Numbered from the stretch's first letter, positions 8,701 through 18,763 are shown. The stretch: 42,073 bases of DNA from a virus (IMGVR_UViG_3300025848_000069:1-42073); one strand, 5' to 3'. The notes: generated from the sequence alone by a model not told the origin. Translations and numbers: made by a program.

Positions 8701-11700
8701 TCTCTTGAGTGGTGCGCATCTCGCGCATCTCACGGAGAGCCTTTTCCATTTGCTTCTGGATACCGGTGGCTTGTTCGCCAGGCTTCACTGCCTCAGTAAA
8801 CTGTTCGCCAAGAGCTTGAGCGCGAGGCGTCACAACTCCGGTGGGGCTAATGGTGGAGACCTCTTCGGTGGCAACAGGCCGGCGACGCACACCAAACTGT
8901 GGCTCAACCATGCCAACCAAAGCTTTCTGAGCTTCAATCTCTTTTGCCAGCCAGTTGCCCGCCTCAGCGGCACCACGCTCAACTCCTTCCTTTATCAAGA
9001 ACTCCCGCATGTATGCGGCGACATCGGCATTGAGGTCGGTCAGATGCTCCGCAAACCTACGCGCAACCTGGTATAGGCTGCTGCCTTCCGGCATCTGCGT
9101 CATGGCAATGGCTTCGGGAGAGGCGGGTACTTCCAGGTTGGCACCGGCCTCACGCGCCTTCTGCTTGTACGCACTGGCTTCGTCAATAAGGTCGTCAATG
9201 ATCTTAACTCGGTGTGCGCCAGTGCTCAAAAGCGCATCAGTAAACCCGCCAATATCCTCCACGTCCATTTCTGAAGTAATCTCAGCAATCTTGTTTGGCA
9301 GCTCGGTATCTCGCACAAGCTCATACGCTCGCTTAGTTTGCTCGACCTTGTTGGTCGCATCTTCCGCCAAGAGCCTGGCCTGTTGATTCTCTAGTCGCGC
9401 CTTCTCCAAGTCGGCTTGGGTCACCGTGGTGCGTGGGCTTTGCGATCGCCGCTCCATGTCAACCAGGTTCTCGTTGGAATTAAGCACGCGCTGCTGAGCA
9501 TCGATTGCTGCGCGAAGCGCAAGGTCTGCGGCGTTGCGGTAATCCGACACGCGGACAACACCTTTTTGCGCATCCTCCAGCGTCTGAATGTCTCGGGTTG
9601 CTTGCCGACCCTTACGCAGGTTTTCCTCAGTAGGATTGCTTCTGGCTTCTTCTTGAGCAAACCTGGCCCGATCAAGAGCTTGGTCCAACCTCAACTTGTC
9701 CTTGGGCAAAACGTCTTCAGGGACATACATGCGGCCCAGAATTTCTTCGCGAGCCTCGGTCTTGGCGACGTTCTCCTCCAAGGTTTTGGCTGTACGCTTG
9801 GCGCCCTCAATGATTGATGGTAGACGCGCTGCTGCACGCCTTGCTTCTTCGGTCAACGCAGCGGGAGCGCCCTCAGCGGACACTTGCTTGGCCGCCTCTG
9901 CCATCTCGACGCCAGCCGCCAAGCCCTTGCCAGCCTGAGTACGCTTGAGGTCTTCCATGTACCGCTGTGTTTGCTTGACCTGTTGCGCAAACTCCTCTTG
10001 CGACATCTCGCCTTCCTTGCGTGCTTCTCTCGCAAGGTCTTCAAGGCGCTCCGACTCACGCATTGCACGAGCAATAGCTGCCTTGGCTTTGTTGGACTGC
10101 TGGATAAACGCATCAATCTGTTCTTTAGGCTGAGCCTTCTTGAACAGTTCCATCGCAGCTTTACGCGCCTCTTGGCTAGCCTTGATGTACTCGCGGCTCT
10201 TCTCCGAGAGAGGACGCTGGCCGGTTGCTTGCTCACGAGCAAGTAACTCGTTTAGCGAGGTAAGCTGCTCTTGAGATGATTCGATGGCCATTTGCAAGGC
10301 TTGCTTGCTGGCTTTGTTCTTGGCCGAATCACGCTTCTTCGCCAGGTCATCAATCGTGCTCTGCCAATCGTCAACAAGCTGGCGTTGCTCGGGGATGGTC
10401 CCGACTTCTTGCAACGACGGCGGCACCGCTTCAGCGGCCGCCACAGCGGCGGCTTCCTCGCCAGCGTAACCCTTGAGCTTGGGCAGGGCGCCGCCCTCTT
10501 CTGCGATCTTAGTGCCAATCTTGACGGCTTTCTCTGCCTCAATCTTGGCACGACCTTCGTAGCGGCTTCTAACGCGCTCTGCTTTCAGCTCAAGCTCAAC
10601 CTTGCGTTGCGCGTACCTCAACTCGTTGAGTCGTTTACGAAGCTCGGTTCGATCTACTTTCTCGCCGGCTTCGACAATCTGTCGTTGAACAGAGTCGGCC
10701 TTTCTAGTCAGCGTGTTTAGCGCAACCTCAAGGTCTCGCGCTTTCTGCGAGGTCTCCTTGGACATCTCGCCGATGTCAGCCAGCTTCTCTGCCTTGGTGC
10801 GTGCGGCTTCAGCTTGCCGGGTAGCAGCGGCGACATCGCGTGCCTTGGCCTCAGGACGAATCCAAACGTCGACCGGCTTCACCGACTTCTCAGCAATCTG
10901 CACGTTGCCAGCAGCCAGTTCCCGGCGCATCTGTTCACGCAACATATCAACGGCACCCTTCTTGCCGTTGAACAAGTTGTCCATGATTTGGTTCCAAGCG
11001 GTCTTGCCAGTAAGGACGCTATCCGCAATGTACTGCTTCAGCGTTTCCTTGGCTTCGCCAACCCAATCCGGGATTACTTTGTCGAGAACAAGCAGGGTGT
11101 ATTTCTTGACCACTCCACCAAACTTGTTGATTGCAGCATCAACCTTGGGTGCCTTGGCCTTGACCCACTTCTTACTTGCTCGGAACCCGTCAAGAATCAT
11201 CAGCACTTGTGCTGGGTTCTTAATCAAGGAGTTGCCGAAATTTGGTTTTGTAAGTCCGTGCAGCACAGCGGCGATCTGGCCTGGCATACTTCCAAACCCT
11301 GCACCAACCTTGGCACCAATCGCTCGCTGCTGGATTTCGTCAAGGTCTTCTTCTGCGTCCTTGATGGCCTGCTCATCGCCGCCACGCTTGGCTTCCTTCA
11401 AACGCTGACGTGCAGCCTGAACCTCAGGGGTCTCTGGCGCCACACCAGGTCCAACCGTTTCAACAACGGCCTGCGTCATCGAGACCAAGATGTCGGTCAA
11501 CTCGTTTGCGAAGTTGAGCGGAACTTGAATGGGCAACATCCAGCCGCTGCTGGGTCGGCCCTTTTCCTGTTTCTCTTGTTCTTCATAAGCAGGCGCCTGT
11601 TGTTTCTTAAGTTCCTGCCACCAGCTTTCGTCTTTGAGGCCTTCGTCGCTAACCGGGACGCCACGAGCTTCTCGTTGTGCTCGGATGCGAGTCCACCTGC

Positions 11701-12685
11701 GCTTGGCTTCCTTGAGAAGTTCAGGATATTTATAGATTTGATCCCACAAAGCCGCTTGTTGGGGATCTTTGGGGCGAGGCTCAAACGGGTCGATATTCTC
11801 AATCTTAGGCTTTTGTTTGCCTGTTACAATCAAACCATTTTCTTGCAAGTCAATCAGCGTGGCTAGCAAACCCTTTTCTTCAAGTCCTCGCGCTGCCGAT
11901 TCGCCACCAATCTTGCGAACAAGCTCTTCAACTCCTGTCTCGACACGCCTGGCAACTCCGGGGATGGTAGGCCATTTGATCTCACCAAGCGCAGCCATCT
12001 CCCCAAGCTCCGCCTCAAGCTTGGCCTTGTCGTAAACCGGGCTTGGACCAAGAACCTTCTCGCTGATGCGTGATCCAAAAAGCTCGCGCACAGTCTCGGT
12101 AGCCGGGCCTTCCACCGGCTTAATGCGTTCCTCTTTTTCTTTAAGCTCCAGCTGGAATGGAATCTCTTCTGGAACTCCTTCCAAGCTTCTCAACCCAATG
12201 CTTGTAGTCTTTGGTCCACGCGGCGCTTGAAGCACCGGTCCTTCTTCAGGCTCAAGCTCTTTGATTGGCTTGGCCAAGTCGGTCGCGCCTCGCTCCTTCA
12301 AGAACTGGCCAAGCGTTCCGCTTTTGATTTGCTCCTCGGGTGAGGCCTCGACAGCCGGCTTCATGAACGGCCACTCAGTAGGCTCTGCTTCGGGGATGCG
12401 AGTCGTTGGTGCCGGCTTCACCGGCTTGGGAGCGGCAGGCGCCTTAGGCTCAATCAACTTCTCGATGCCGGCACCAATAGCCGCACCCGCAGTGGGCATC
12501 CCAAACGCAGCACCCAAGGCGCCGCCGATGCCCGCACCCTTGGTGGGGATGCTGGTGGCAAGCTCTTTGCCAAGTTGGCGGGCGAATGCGGGCCATTCAG
12601 TTGCAGATTCTAAATCTTCTGCATCCAGAACATCTGGGCCTTCGCCTTCAAGCTCTTCCGCACTAAGAACGTCAGGACTGGCCAT
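5735..12685 (-). CDS. giant (2316 aa) internal virion / DNA-ejection protein
   Basis: Last and largest of three helical, E/K/A-rich ORFs after the tail genes; N-terminal Gly-zipper, long coiled coils; no catalytic motif recognised. Confidence 0.7.
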   Translation of the reverse strand: MASPDVLSAEELEGEGPDVLDAEDLESATEWPAFARQLGKELATSIPTKGAGIGGALGAAFGMPTAGAAIGAGIEKLIEPKAPAAPKPVKPAPTTRIPEAEPTEWPFMKPAVEASPEEQIKSGTLGQFLKERGATDLAKPIKELEPEEGPVLQAPRGPKTTSIGLRSLEGVPEEIPFQLELKEKEERIKPVEGPATETVRELFGSRISEKVLGPSPVYDKAKLEAELGEMAALGEIKWPTIPGVARRVETGVEELVRKIGGESAARGLEEKGLLATLIDLQENGLIVTGKQKPKIENIDPFEPRPKDPQQAALWDQIYKYPELLKEAKRRWTRIRAQREARGVPVSDEGLKDESWWQELKKQQAPAYEEQEKQEKGRPSSGWMLPIQVPLNFANELTDILVSMTQAVVETVGPGVAPETPEVQAARQRLKEAKRGGDEQAIKDAEEDLDEIQQRAIGAKVGAGFGSMPGQIAAVLHGLTKPNFGNSLIKNPAQVLMILDGFRASKKWVKAKAPKVDAAINKFGGVVKKYTLLVLDKVIPDWVGEAKETLKQYIADSVLTGKTAWNQIMDNLFNGKKGAVDMLREQMRRELAAGNVQIAEKSVKPVDVWIRPEAKARDVAAATRQAEAARTKAEKLADIGEMSKETSQKARDLEVALNTLTRKADSVQRQIVEAGEKVDRTELRKRLNELRYAQRKVELELKAERVRSRYEGRAKIEAEKAVKIGTKIAEEGGALPKLKGYAGEEAAAVAAAEAVPPSLQEVGTIPEQRQLVDDWQSTIDDLAKKRDSAKNKASKQALQMAIESSQEQLTSLNELLAREQATGQRPLSEKSREYIKASQEARKAAMELFKKAQPKEQIDAFIQQSNKAKAAIARAMRESERLEDLAREARKEGEMSQEEFAQQVKQTQRYMEDLKRTQAGKGLAAGVEMAEAAKQVSAEGAPAALTEEARRAAARLPSIIEGAKRTAKTLEENVAKTEAREEILGRMYVPEDVLPKDKLRLDQALDRARFAQEEARSNPTEENLRKGRQATRDIQTLEDAQKGVVRVSDYRNAADLALRAAIDAQQRVLNSNENLVDMERRSQSPRTTVTQADLEKARLENQQARLLAEDATNKVEQTKRAYELVRDTELPNKIAEITSEMDVEDIGGFTDALLSTGAHRVKIIDDLIDEASAYKQKAREAGANLEVPASPEAIAMTQMPEGSSLYQVARRFAEHLTDLNADVAAYMREFLIKEGVERGAAEAGNWLAKEIEAQKALVGMVEPQFGVRRRPVATEEVSTISPTGVVTPRAQALGEQFTEAVKPGEQATGIQKQMEKALREMREMRTTQETPKAFTTNNERFNNMLREYAQEIIRLGYDLPVTNPELGAEPNAFLNVSERLQRKMLTEETVMSRLLEALQEDTMQPFLHSTELRRSILNQVGDRLKKAGMDSKFIGRALVEVRKLLVDEKRLSFHSKNRFPDLVYEGEPILTRKDFVDAMDKADPKVTNAARAGALDYIASKQAAAAQTYGMLHSMNDEYNRFRLNPDGSWKKNSLTGKEPVDASTYAIQVAEDMINNNEPPPMLMPYSGSIVADQLSRVAEMDRWTPEQRAKLYSAAEDIRKQKPVDQALKNVIGTVYSRVFEGTDAAPPNMDNMHIDPVVSRAMRAHFASLVDATDLGDIANAIQGVARFTKKGVVPMNLRALVNNNLSNSLLQVLTRGGVNFMPSLFSESYKFNKFISGKHEGLSDYDMQMYDSIARRNALFRTEFKKLYGENPAWAGLKERFGTLAKLEAAIESGDFNWMYLPESYGKFRDFMVDMYTKAGDAPFRLEEMVHVYNDFYDKLEKMEPGTVAQFPITPYENIKLTKLEDGSFEATDPMGRQPAKKLGAGSKELSDVLAKAADVAQESKFLNPERMGLWFKALQSTAMQPISGIFTWAAGALDIPFIKKGLVSRMMEGPVAMETNSPRVLTEQAKQFSSWWLKRAAMISGSQAAFANQQAMEDVRRSLGYNQALTSVVVAPGVNPAYLRMRNTAPLLFSAPTTSAMNALAGAVDWMRFSPSSPFTNPDYLAKIQSADVDWERFTPEQVELLKRNKPEIGEYAEEMRRLAKEDPEAYKYRALVKRDMTKWAAGEISNREDLLRLIGLTGSPLLQWAKEMSEGKKTSSALLRQFGSMVFGATPFSMADVAAALAGKAGADSMEKYTSYGSTISKSGEYEDSSTMMEWAIAQLFGIGWNQVFYGTGGESPDDPRGYPRLKSYLNRFDTELNNSVLNELKKRTREPLGADATEQEKIEHQNLVAAYKLIKGGMDRFKDKMERAIKEQQKMLVRPKQQPTKD

Positions 12686-12697
12686 GATGAGATTCCT

Positions 12698-15007
12698 TTA
12701 GCGCTTGATCTTATAACCCTTGCCATTACTACCGATTGCGTACTCAATACCGTTTACTACTTTGATTTCACCGGTAAGGGTTACGCCTGGCGGAAGCGAT
12801 GTGGTGGTCTTGATGTTTGATGATGGAGCCGCAGGCTTAGTAGTAGGCGTGACGCCGCCACCACGCAAAAACTCGTTGGCTCGCTCAAGAAAACTCTTTT
12901 CTGGCGCGGCCGGCTTGTTGGTAGTCGGCGGGACAAGCGGTCTTTCAGTTACTGGCTCAAGCTTAACGCCTCGTTTATCAGCCCATTGTTGAATCAAGCT
13001 TTCGGCGCGAACTTTGTTTTGTCGCGCTTGCTCCATTGCTTGAGTTCGCTGTGTCGTTAAAGCATCGATGTTGGCTTGCGCTTGATCAGCTTGCTTCTTT
13101 GATGCTTCAGCTTTGGCTTGCTTGTTTCTTGCTTCCGTTATGGCGTTGTTGATCTTGAGTTGAATTTCGCTTCTTTTTTCGTCATCAATCATCAAGTCGG
13201 TAGTCTTGAGGTACTTTTTCAAGTTTTCAACTTGCTCAGCAGAAGTGGCCGCATCGCGCATGTCGTTTTCGGCCTGCACCTTGATAGAGCCTTCATTCCT
13301 GAGCGCATCTTTATACAAGCCCTCAATATCATCGATATTCTTTTCGTCTTGAGACACCAAGGTTGTGTACGCTTTCAGCAACTCATCTTTGGCACCACGA
13401 CCTACACCGCCACTACGCACCCTGCGGGCAGCGGCTTCGAAGTTTCTGGAGCGAGATTGCATAAGTTTGATTTCTTCAGGCAACTTCTCGTTAATGGCCT
13501 TGGTTTGTGCAATTAGCTTCTCTTCATTGGCATGGATTTGCCTCATTCGCTCAAGACCTTCTCCTGCCTTGATAGGTGTCATGGTTCGAACTTCTTCTTC
13601 TTGCGCAGTCCGAAGACCAGCAGTAGCCATCTTCAGCACCGCATCAGCCTTATTTCGCGCTTGCTTTTCAGTCTCTCCATTTGCTTTCGCCTCAGCGTAT
13701 GCCGTCTGCGCCTTCTTGAGCGCGATGTCATACTGGCTAAGCGGGCGCCCCATCTCCGGGAACAAGCCCTTCTCTTCGCGGGTGCCGATCGCTTCTTCGC
13801 GGGCACGCTCAAACGGCGTCTTGAGGATGTCTTGGAAGCTGCCACGCCACGGCATACGCACGCGCTTGGCAAGCTCCAGCGCCCTCTGCTGCTCCTCCGG
13901 GGTGTCGGCGCCACGAGCAATCGGCGCCCAATCCTCAAACTCGATCTTCTCCTCGCGGTGCCTCTGCTCCAGTTCGACCTGGCGCAACCGGCGAGCATAT
14001 TCGGTGTCTCCCGGATTCTGCTCGACCAGTCGCTTCAGCTTGCGGCCGGCATCGGCCAACTCGTCGTCAGTCGCGGTAGCCAGCGTCTTGGGCGCGGCGG
14101 GAGCAGCAGGTGCCGCTGCGGCCTTGGCGGTCTCGGCAGTCGCGGTGGTGCCGGCTTCGGCGGTGGTGCCAGCAAAGCCGGATTCCGCTCCTGGACGAGG
14201 CGTTGTGAGTGACTTGGCTGACGTGACTTCTGGCAGTTTGCCTTCCGGCACGGGGTGCGGCAGATACGCTCCTCTCTCGTCAAATCCATAACGCTTCAAC
14301 TCTTCAGGGGAGAACGGTTGAGCGGTTGGTTTCAAGCGCTCAGCAGCGATGCTTGCGGCGGGTGTAGGGGCCTGTTTATCTTGATCGGGCAGCTTTGATG
14401 TGCGCATCATGCGCCCGGCTGCGCCTTGATACTTTGTTTCTGTCGGCTCTTCATCTTGGCCGGACATAATCGATTCCATGTCACGAAAGTATTGTTCACG
14501 TGCGGCCGGTTCTTCATCGGCTCGTCGCGCCTCCCTTTCTTTGACTGCCCATTCCGCAGCATCCGCCTCTTGTTTTGATGTGCGATATTCATCAAATAGC
14601 GGTCGTTCTTGACCAAACATGCTGGCGAGGTTTGCCTTTTCTGCTTCTGAGCCTCCAGTAAAGTACTCAGGCTTTTGAGCCTCCAAAGCTACAGCATTCT
14701 TTTCCAACCGCTCCCGCGCAATCTTCTGCATCGGCGTCTCGCCGCCTTCCAGCAACTCCTCGCCGGCCTTCGCGCCCTTGTACTCTTCTTCGCGCCCAGC
14801 CTTCAGCTTTTGCTGAATCGGCGTAATCAAGTACTGGTCAAGCAGGCTAGCGCCAGCGCCCACAAGCGGCAGAGCCTGGCCGGCAAGCTGCATCTTGGTG
14901 CCCATGCGGCGAAGGCTGGTGTCCTTTGGATGCTCGCGAGGCGGCACGTATTCTTTCACGTGCGTGGGAGCAAACGCCTCGGTATCTACATCAATGATGC
15001 GCGGCAT
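12698..15007 (-). CDS. internal virion / ejection protein (769 aa)
   Basis: Charged coiled-coil and low-complexity sequence; synteny with podoviral ejection genes. Confidence 0.65.
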   Translation of the reverse strand: MPRIIDVDTEAFAPTHVKEYVPPREHPKDTSLRRMGTKMQLAGQALPLVGAGASLLDQYLITPIQQKLKAGREEEYKGAKAGEELLEGGETPMQKIARERLEKNAVALEAQKPEYFTGGSEAEKANLASMFGQERPLFDEYRTSKQEADAAEWAVKEREARRADEEPAAREQYFRDMESIMSGQDEEPTETKYQGAAGRMMRTSKLPDQDKQAPTPAASIAAERLKPTAQPFSPEELKRYGFDERGAYLPHPVPEGKLPEVTSAKSLTTPRPGAESGFAGTTAEAGTTATAETAKAAAAPAAPAAPKTLATATDDELADAGRKLKRLVEQNPGDTEYARRLRQVELEQRHREEKIEFEDWAPIARGADTPEEQQRALELAKRVRMPWRGSFQDILKTPFERAREEAIGTREEKGLFPEMGRPLSQYDIALKKAQTAYAEAKANGETEKQARNKADAVLKMATAGLRTAQEEEVRTMTPIKAGEGLERMRQIHANEEKLIAQTKAINEKLPEEIKLMQSRSRNFEAAARRVRSGGVGRGAKDELLKAYTTLVSQDEKNIDDIEGLYKDALRNEGSIKVQAENDMRDAATSAEQVENLKKYLKTTDLMIDDEKRSEIQLKINNAITEARNKQAKAEASKKQADQAQANIDALTTQRTQAMEQARQNKVRAESLIQQWADKRGVKLEPVTERPLVPPTTNKPAAPEKSFLERANEFLRGGGVTPTTKPAAPSSNIKTTTSLPPGVTLTGEIKVVNGIEYAIGSNGKGYKIKR

Positions 15008-15009
15008 GG

Positions 15010-15792
15010 TTAAGCCTCAAAATCGCCCTCGTCGGCGAGGACATCTGCTTGGATTTTCTTGACCAAGTCGCGAACTTGCGGATTGGGGTGGTTCTTGTAT
15101 TTCTCACCAAGAGCTTCAGCAAACCGCTCGCGATCTTTGTCACCCCAATACCACGGCGCATTTTCCACGGCAGTATCGAATTCGTCTTGGATGGTCTTTT
15201 GAACCGCGGACAGTTCATCAATCTGAGCCTTGGCCCGCTCGCCTTCCTGCTGCTTGAGCTTCTGCTGAGTCGTAGCGTACTCGCCGGCAGCCTGGGCCGC
15301 TTCCTTCTGAGCTTGGGCAGCAAGACGCTGTTGAGCAATCTTCTGCATACCGAAGTTGCCCATCAACTGGCCTTCTGCGATGCCGCGGGAAAGCTGCGAT
15401 TGGCGCATTCCAGCGAGCGACCCACCGCCGCCACGGGCTTGTTGGGCAGCAAACGCTTGGCCAGATCGCGCACGCAGTTGGCCCATTGCGCCGCGCTGTT
15501 GTTCTTCAAGTGCGGCTGCGCCACCCTTGGCGTACTTGGCGCCAAGCTGAGCGGCGGCAAGCTGACCAGCGGCACTGCCAAGAACACCGGCTTGCGACTC
15601 TTGGAACTGCTTTAGGTACGGGTCTTCTGCCGGCATAGATGGCGCCGCAGCAACCGTTTCTGGTTCAGTAGGCTTCTTAACCTTCTGCGTACCATAAGGA
15701 GCGTTCGGGTAATCTTCGCTTGGCTGCGACCAAGATTCGGTATCCCCGAAAGAATCGCTTTCTTCAGGATCTTTATACTTCGGCATAGCCAT
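15010..15792 (-). CDS. internal virion / ejection (pilot-like) protein (260 aa)
   Basis: Q/A/G-rich helical protein; GGAGG RBS; first of the three internal genes. Confidence 0.65.
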   Translation of the reverse strand: MAMPKYKDPEESDSFGDTESWSQPSEDYPNAPYGTQKVKKPTEPETVAAAPSMPAEDPYLKQFQESQAGVLGSAAGQLAAAQLGAKYAKGGAAALEEQQRGAMGQLRARSGQAFAAQQARGGGGSLAGMRQSQLSRGIAEGQLMGNFGMQKIAQQRLAAQAQKEAAQAAGEYATTQQKLKQQEGERAKAQIDELSAVQKTIQDEFDTAVENAPWYWGDKDRERFAEALGEKYKNHPNPQVRDLVKKIQADVLADEGDFEA

Positions 15793-15805
15793 CCTCCACG
15801 TGCGC

Positions 15806-15834
15806 AGTGTAGCGAGGTGCGTTTCGCTTGACCA
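15806..15834 (-). promoter_or_regulatory. putative promoter for the internal-protein genes
   Basis: Minus strand TGGTCA-17 nt-TACACT in the 15793-15841 gap. Confidence 0.45.
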
Positions 15835-15841
15835 GAGGTTC

Positions 15842-17941
15842 TTAGGTAGTTACGGTTTGACGACCGCAGAGAATTACCCACTCGCCACCTTGACCGATGA
15901 TCGTGTCAGTATCTTCAAGCAAGTCGTAATTCTGCAAGTCTTTCTGCCAACGAACCTCAAGCACATTCTCTCGGCCATTGGTCAGCGGTGGATCAAACCG
16001 GTTGCCACCAAATGCGGTAGGCAACGTGCCGCAATCCGCACGCGCCTCAGTCATCGTGTTAGACTTGCCCATGTAGAACGGCGGGCCGCTGCTAAACCAT
16101 GTGCGCGCAGTCCATGCGTTGTTGTTGTTCACCAGCGGAATCTGAAGCAGTCGCCAAGCAACACCACCCTCGACTCCGGTGTACTCATCGAGCAACCAAT
16201 TCTCGTAGGTAAAGGCGTCTGGCGCAGAAGCCCCATTCCACTTGAGATACGCTACCTGCTGATGCTTGTAATCGTCGCCATGCCAGCCTGAGTTTAGGAT
16301 GATGCCAATCTCTTGTTCGTAGTCTTCCTGAGTGGGCCAAGTCCCAGGTTGCAAGCGATCTGGATACACAGTGGTCGGCGGGCTGTAGCCATTCCACACC
16401 GCGAACGCATGATGCAACACAAAGCCTTCGGGCACCGGGAACACAAACACGTCCTCGGTAATCCGGCTCTCTTCCAAGTCGCCAACGTAAGGCAAACCAG
16501 CAGAAGCCACGTCCTGCTTACGCACAGACTCGCGATACTGACCGCTCCACATTGGAATCATAATCATCGAATAGTGCGAATCGTTAGCCATCAACTCTTG
16601 CACCGGTCGATTGCTCGCTTCCAGTGGGCTGGCAAGCGGGCCATAACCAGTGCCGTAGCCGCTACCCGCACGCTCACGCAGCGCAAGGTCAAAGCCGTGC
16701 ATAGCATCCTGCACGTCATCGCCAGTAATCAACGCATCAGTAACAACCGGTGTCAGCGGGATGTTGGTGCCTACTTTCCAGCCATCATGCACAATCGGCA
16801 GGTTCTGAATCGGCTTGGAACCTGGCTCAGCCGGGTACAAGCCAAAGTCGCCCAGCTTATCTCGCACTGTCAGCGGAGACTCAAACGTAGCGCACAAGTG
16901 CAACGAGACGAACTCAAGCGGATATACCGTCGTCCCACCCTCACCAACAGCCACGTGCTGCGGAAATACCGTGCCAGTACCCGTACCACTAGGACTAAGA
17001 AACACGCACGTCAGCGTGTTAACATCGTTAGATGCAACCGTCTCTTCTGCGGTAATCACCGGGCCAACAGCGGTTACTGTGTAGAGCGGGTCGGCAGCGG
17101 CAGCGGCAGCGACACCGGCAGCAATGCCAGCAAGCGTCCAGCCAGCAGGAACTTGATAGTTGTACGTGTTGCCGTTGATCGTTAGCCGGCAAACATCACC
17201 CACACCAGGTGCGCCGCCAACCGGGGTGCCGCCCACCGTAAACGTCCACTTGTCCTTCACGCCCAAGTCCGGCGCCTCATACAGTCGCGCTCCGGTAATC
17301 TCCCAGAAGTACGTGTTCCACGGGCGAATCGGAATGTTCTGGTCGGCAATCACAAGCGGGTTGGCGCGTGCCACACCGTTGCCAGCAGTGCCGTCTGTTG
17401 CGCTTTGCTGGATGCCGAACGCAGTAACACCGTCAATCTGCCACTTGCCCACTTCCTCGTAATCGACAGTCTCGCCGGTCAACAACGAAGGCTGACGCTC
17501 TAGCAGCCGAACAGTCATGCTGTAGCGGCTCATGTCGGTTTCGACATTCGTTCCAATAACAAGTGGAGGTAGCGCCGCATCGTAGCCGCGAACAGCTTGA
17601 GGCTCTGCTCGCTGGTCAATCGACAACGAGAACTCGCTCAACGTCACCGGGTACCGTGGGTCTTCAAGTGTTCCTCGCCAAAACAACTGCTGGAACGCAG
17701 GCATCACAAACGGCCACATAGCCATTGGATAACCTTTAATACCATAATCTTTGTACTCGGTAGAGGCTGGGCCAGTGTACGGCAATACCCACGACACCTT
17801 GTTGCGCGCCAAGTGCTCGACCGAGTTCTCTACATCAGCCGCTTCAGCAGCATTCTGGATGTCGGTCAATGGATCGTTTAGGTGCTGCTTGGTCACCTTC
17901 ACGCCACGGGCATATCGCTTGACCGGAAACTGCTTTGCCAT
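15842..17941 (-). CDS. tail structural protein (699 aa) carrying the shared inserted domain
   Basis: Beta-rich, in the tail module; 16943-17254 is similar to segments of the adaptor and nozzle. Confidence 0.65.
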   Translation of the reverse strand: MAKQFPVKRYARGVKVTKQHLNDPLTDIQNAAEAADVENSVEHLARNKVSWVLPYTGPASTEYKDYGIKGYPMAMWPFVMPAFQQLFWRGTLEDPRYPVTLSEFSLSIDQRAEPQAVRGYDAALPPLVIGTNVETDMSRYSMTVRLLERQPSLLTGETVDYEEVGKWQIDGVTAFGIQQSATDGTAGNGVARANPLVIADQNIPIRPWNTYFWEITGARLYEAPDLGVKDKWTFTVGGTPVGGAPGVGDVCRLTINGNTYNYQVPAGWTLAGIAAGVAAAAAADPLYTVTAVGPVITAEETVASNDVNTLTCVFLSPSGTGTGTVFPQHVAVGEGGTTVYPLEFVSLHLCATFESPLTVRDKLGDFGLYPAEPGSKPIQNLPIVHDGWKVGTNIPLTPVVTDALITGDDVQDAMHGFDLALRERAGSGYGTGYGPLASPLEASNRPVQELMANDSHYSMIMIPMWSGQYRESVRKQDVASAGLPYVGDLEESRITEDVFVFPVPEGFVLHHAFAVWNGYSPPTTVYPDRLQPGTWPTQEDYEQEIGIILNSGWHGDDYKHQQVAYLKWNGASAPDAFTYENWLLDEYTGVEGGVAWRLLQIPLVNNNNAWTARTWFSSGPPFYMGKSNTMTEARADCGTLPTAFGGNRFDPPLTNGRENVLEVRWQKDLQNYDLLEDTDTIIGQGGEWVILCGRQTVTT

Positions 17942-17947
17942 GATGCC

Positions 17948-18763
17948 TCAGTGAGTCGGACTATACGCCAATGCGCGAAGGTTCCATGTGTTGTGCCGAA
18001 ACGGATAGAACCCCCATGTTGAGGTATTGAACTCGCCGTACCACGGGATAGTCCACTGGAACACCATACGAGCACCCACAGGCACAAGCACAAGCGCGTC
18101 AGCCATAACAGCAAATCCGTCCCATGCAGCTTTATCCCCTCCGCTATTCTGCGGAAACGAAGGTAACGTAGGGTCGGTGTTCACTGGGGGCATCGAACCA
18201 GGACAGAACCAGAAAGCGTCAGAGCGCATCTGATACGTCAACGACTCTTGCCGCAACTTCTTGCGATTCTCCAAGTCCCAACCATCGGAGATGCAAACCT
18301 GCAAGGAAACATCACGTGTTGGCTCACCAGTCTCATAGCCGGGAGGCGGCTCAGCGCCATAGAGCCATTCGTTGTTGTAGTGCCCTACGCCCTTAAGAGC
18401 CATCACCACAAACGAGCCAATAATCATTGGATGCGAAGCAAGCGCAGTCACTTCCCAAGTTAACATGTAGCCGTCGTTTGGCGGGTCGCCAAGGCCCTCG
18501 GCAAAGCAAGACTTGCAACGGTAGGGGTTTGTGACAGTAGGGCCAGAGCCGTTGTACCACTTCAGGTACGGATTGCCCGCCATGTCAACGCTCGGTGGCG
18601 AGAAGCCCCACAGCATGTGCGAGGGCGACCAGCGACGCTGCATGAACTCAGCAGGCACATCGTCGTATAGCTCTGCCAACTTGAGCAACGATTGCTCGAT
18701 GCGGGTAGGCGAAGCATCCAGCCCCGGCGCGAACTGATAAGGAAGTAGCCGGTTGCTGCTCAT
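17948..18763 (-). CDS. tail structural protein (271 aa)
   Basis: Start MSSNRLLPYQF at an ATGA overlap, with GGAGGCAG RBS; Trp/Pro-rich beta protein. Confidence 0.6.
   Translation of the reverse strand: MSSNRLLPYQFAPGLDASPTRIEQSLLKLAELYDDVPAEFMQRRWSPSHMLWGFSPPSVDMAGNPYLKWYNGSGPTVTNPYRCKSCFAEGLGDPPNDGYMLTWEVTALASHPMIIGSFVVMALKGVGHYNNEWLYGAEPPPGYETGEPTRDVSLQVCISDGWDLENRKKLRQESLTYQMRSDAFWFCPGSMPPVNTDPTLPSFPQNSGGDKAAWDGFAVMADALVLVPVGARMVFQWTIPWYGEFNTSTWGFYPFRHNTWNLRALAYSPTH

Noticed and set aside
5735-12685. Virion RNA polymerase or tape measure protein
   Set aside because: No DxDGD or single-subunit RNAP motifs seen; no tail tube or chaperone genes; context fits ejection proteins
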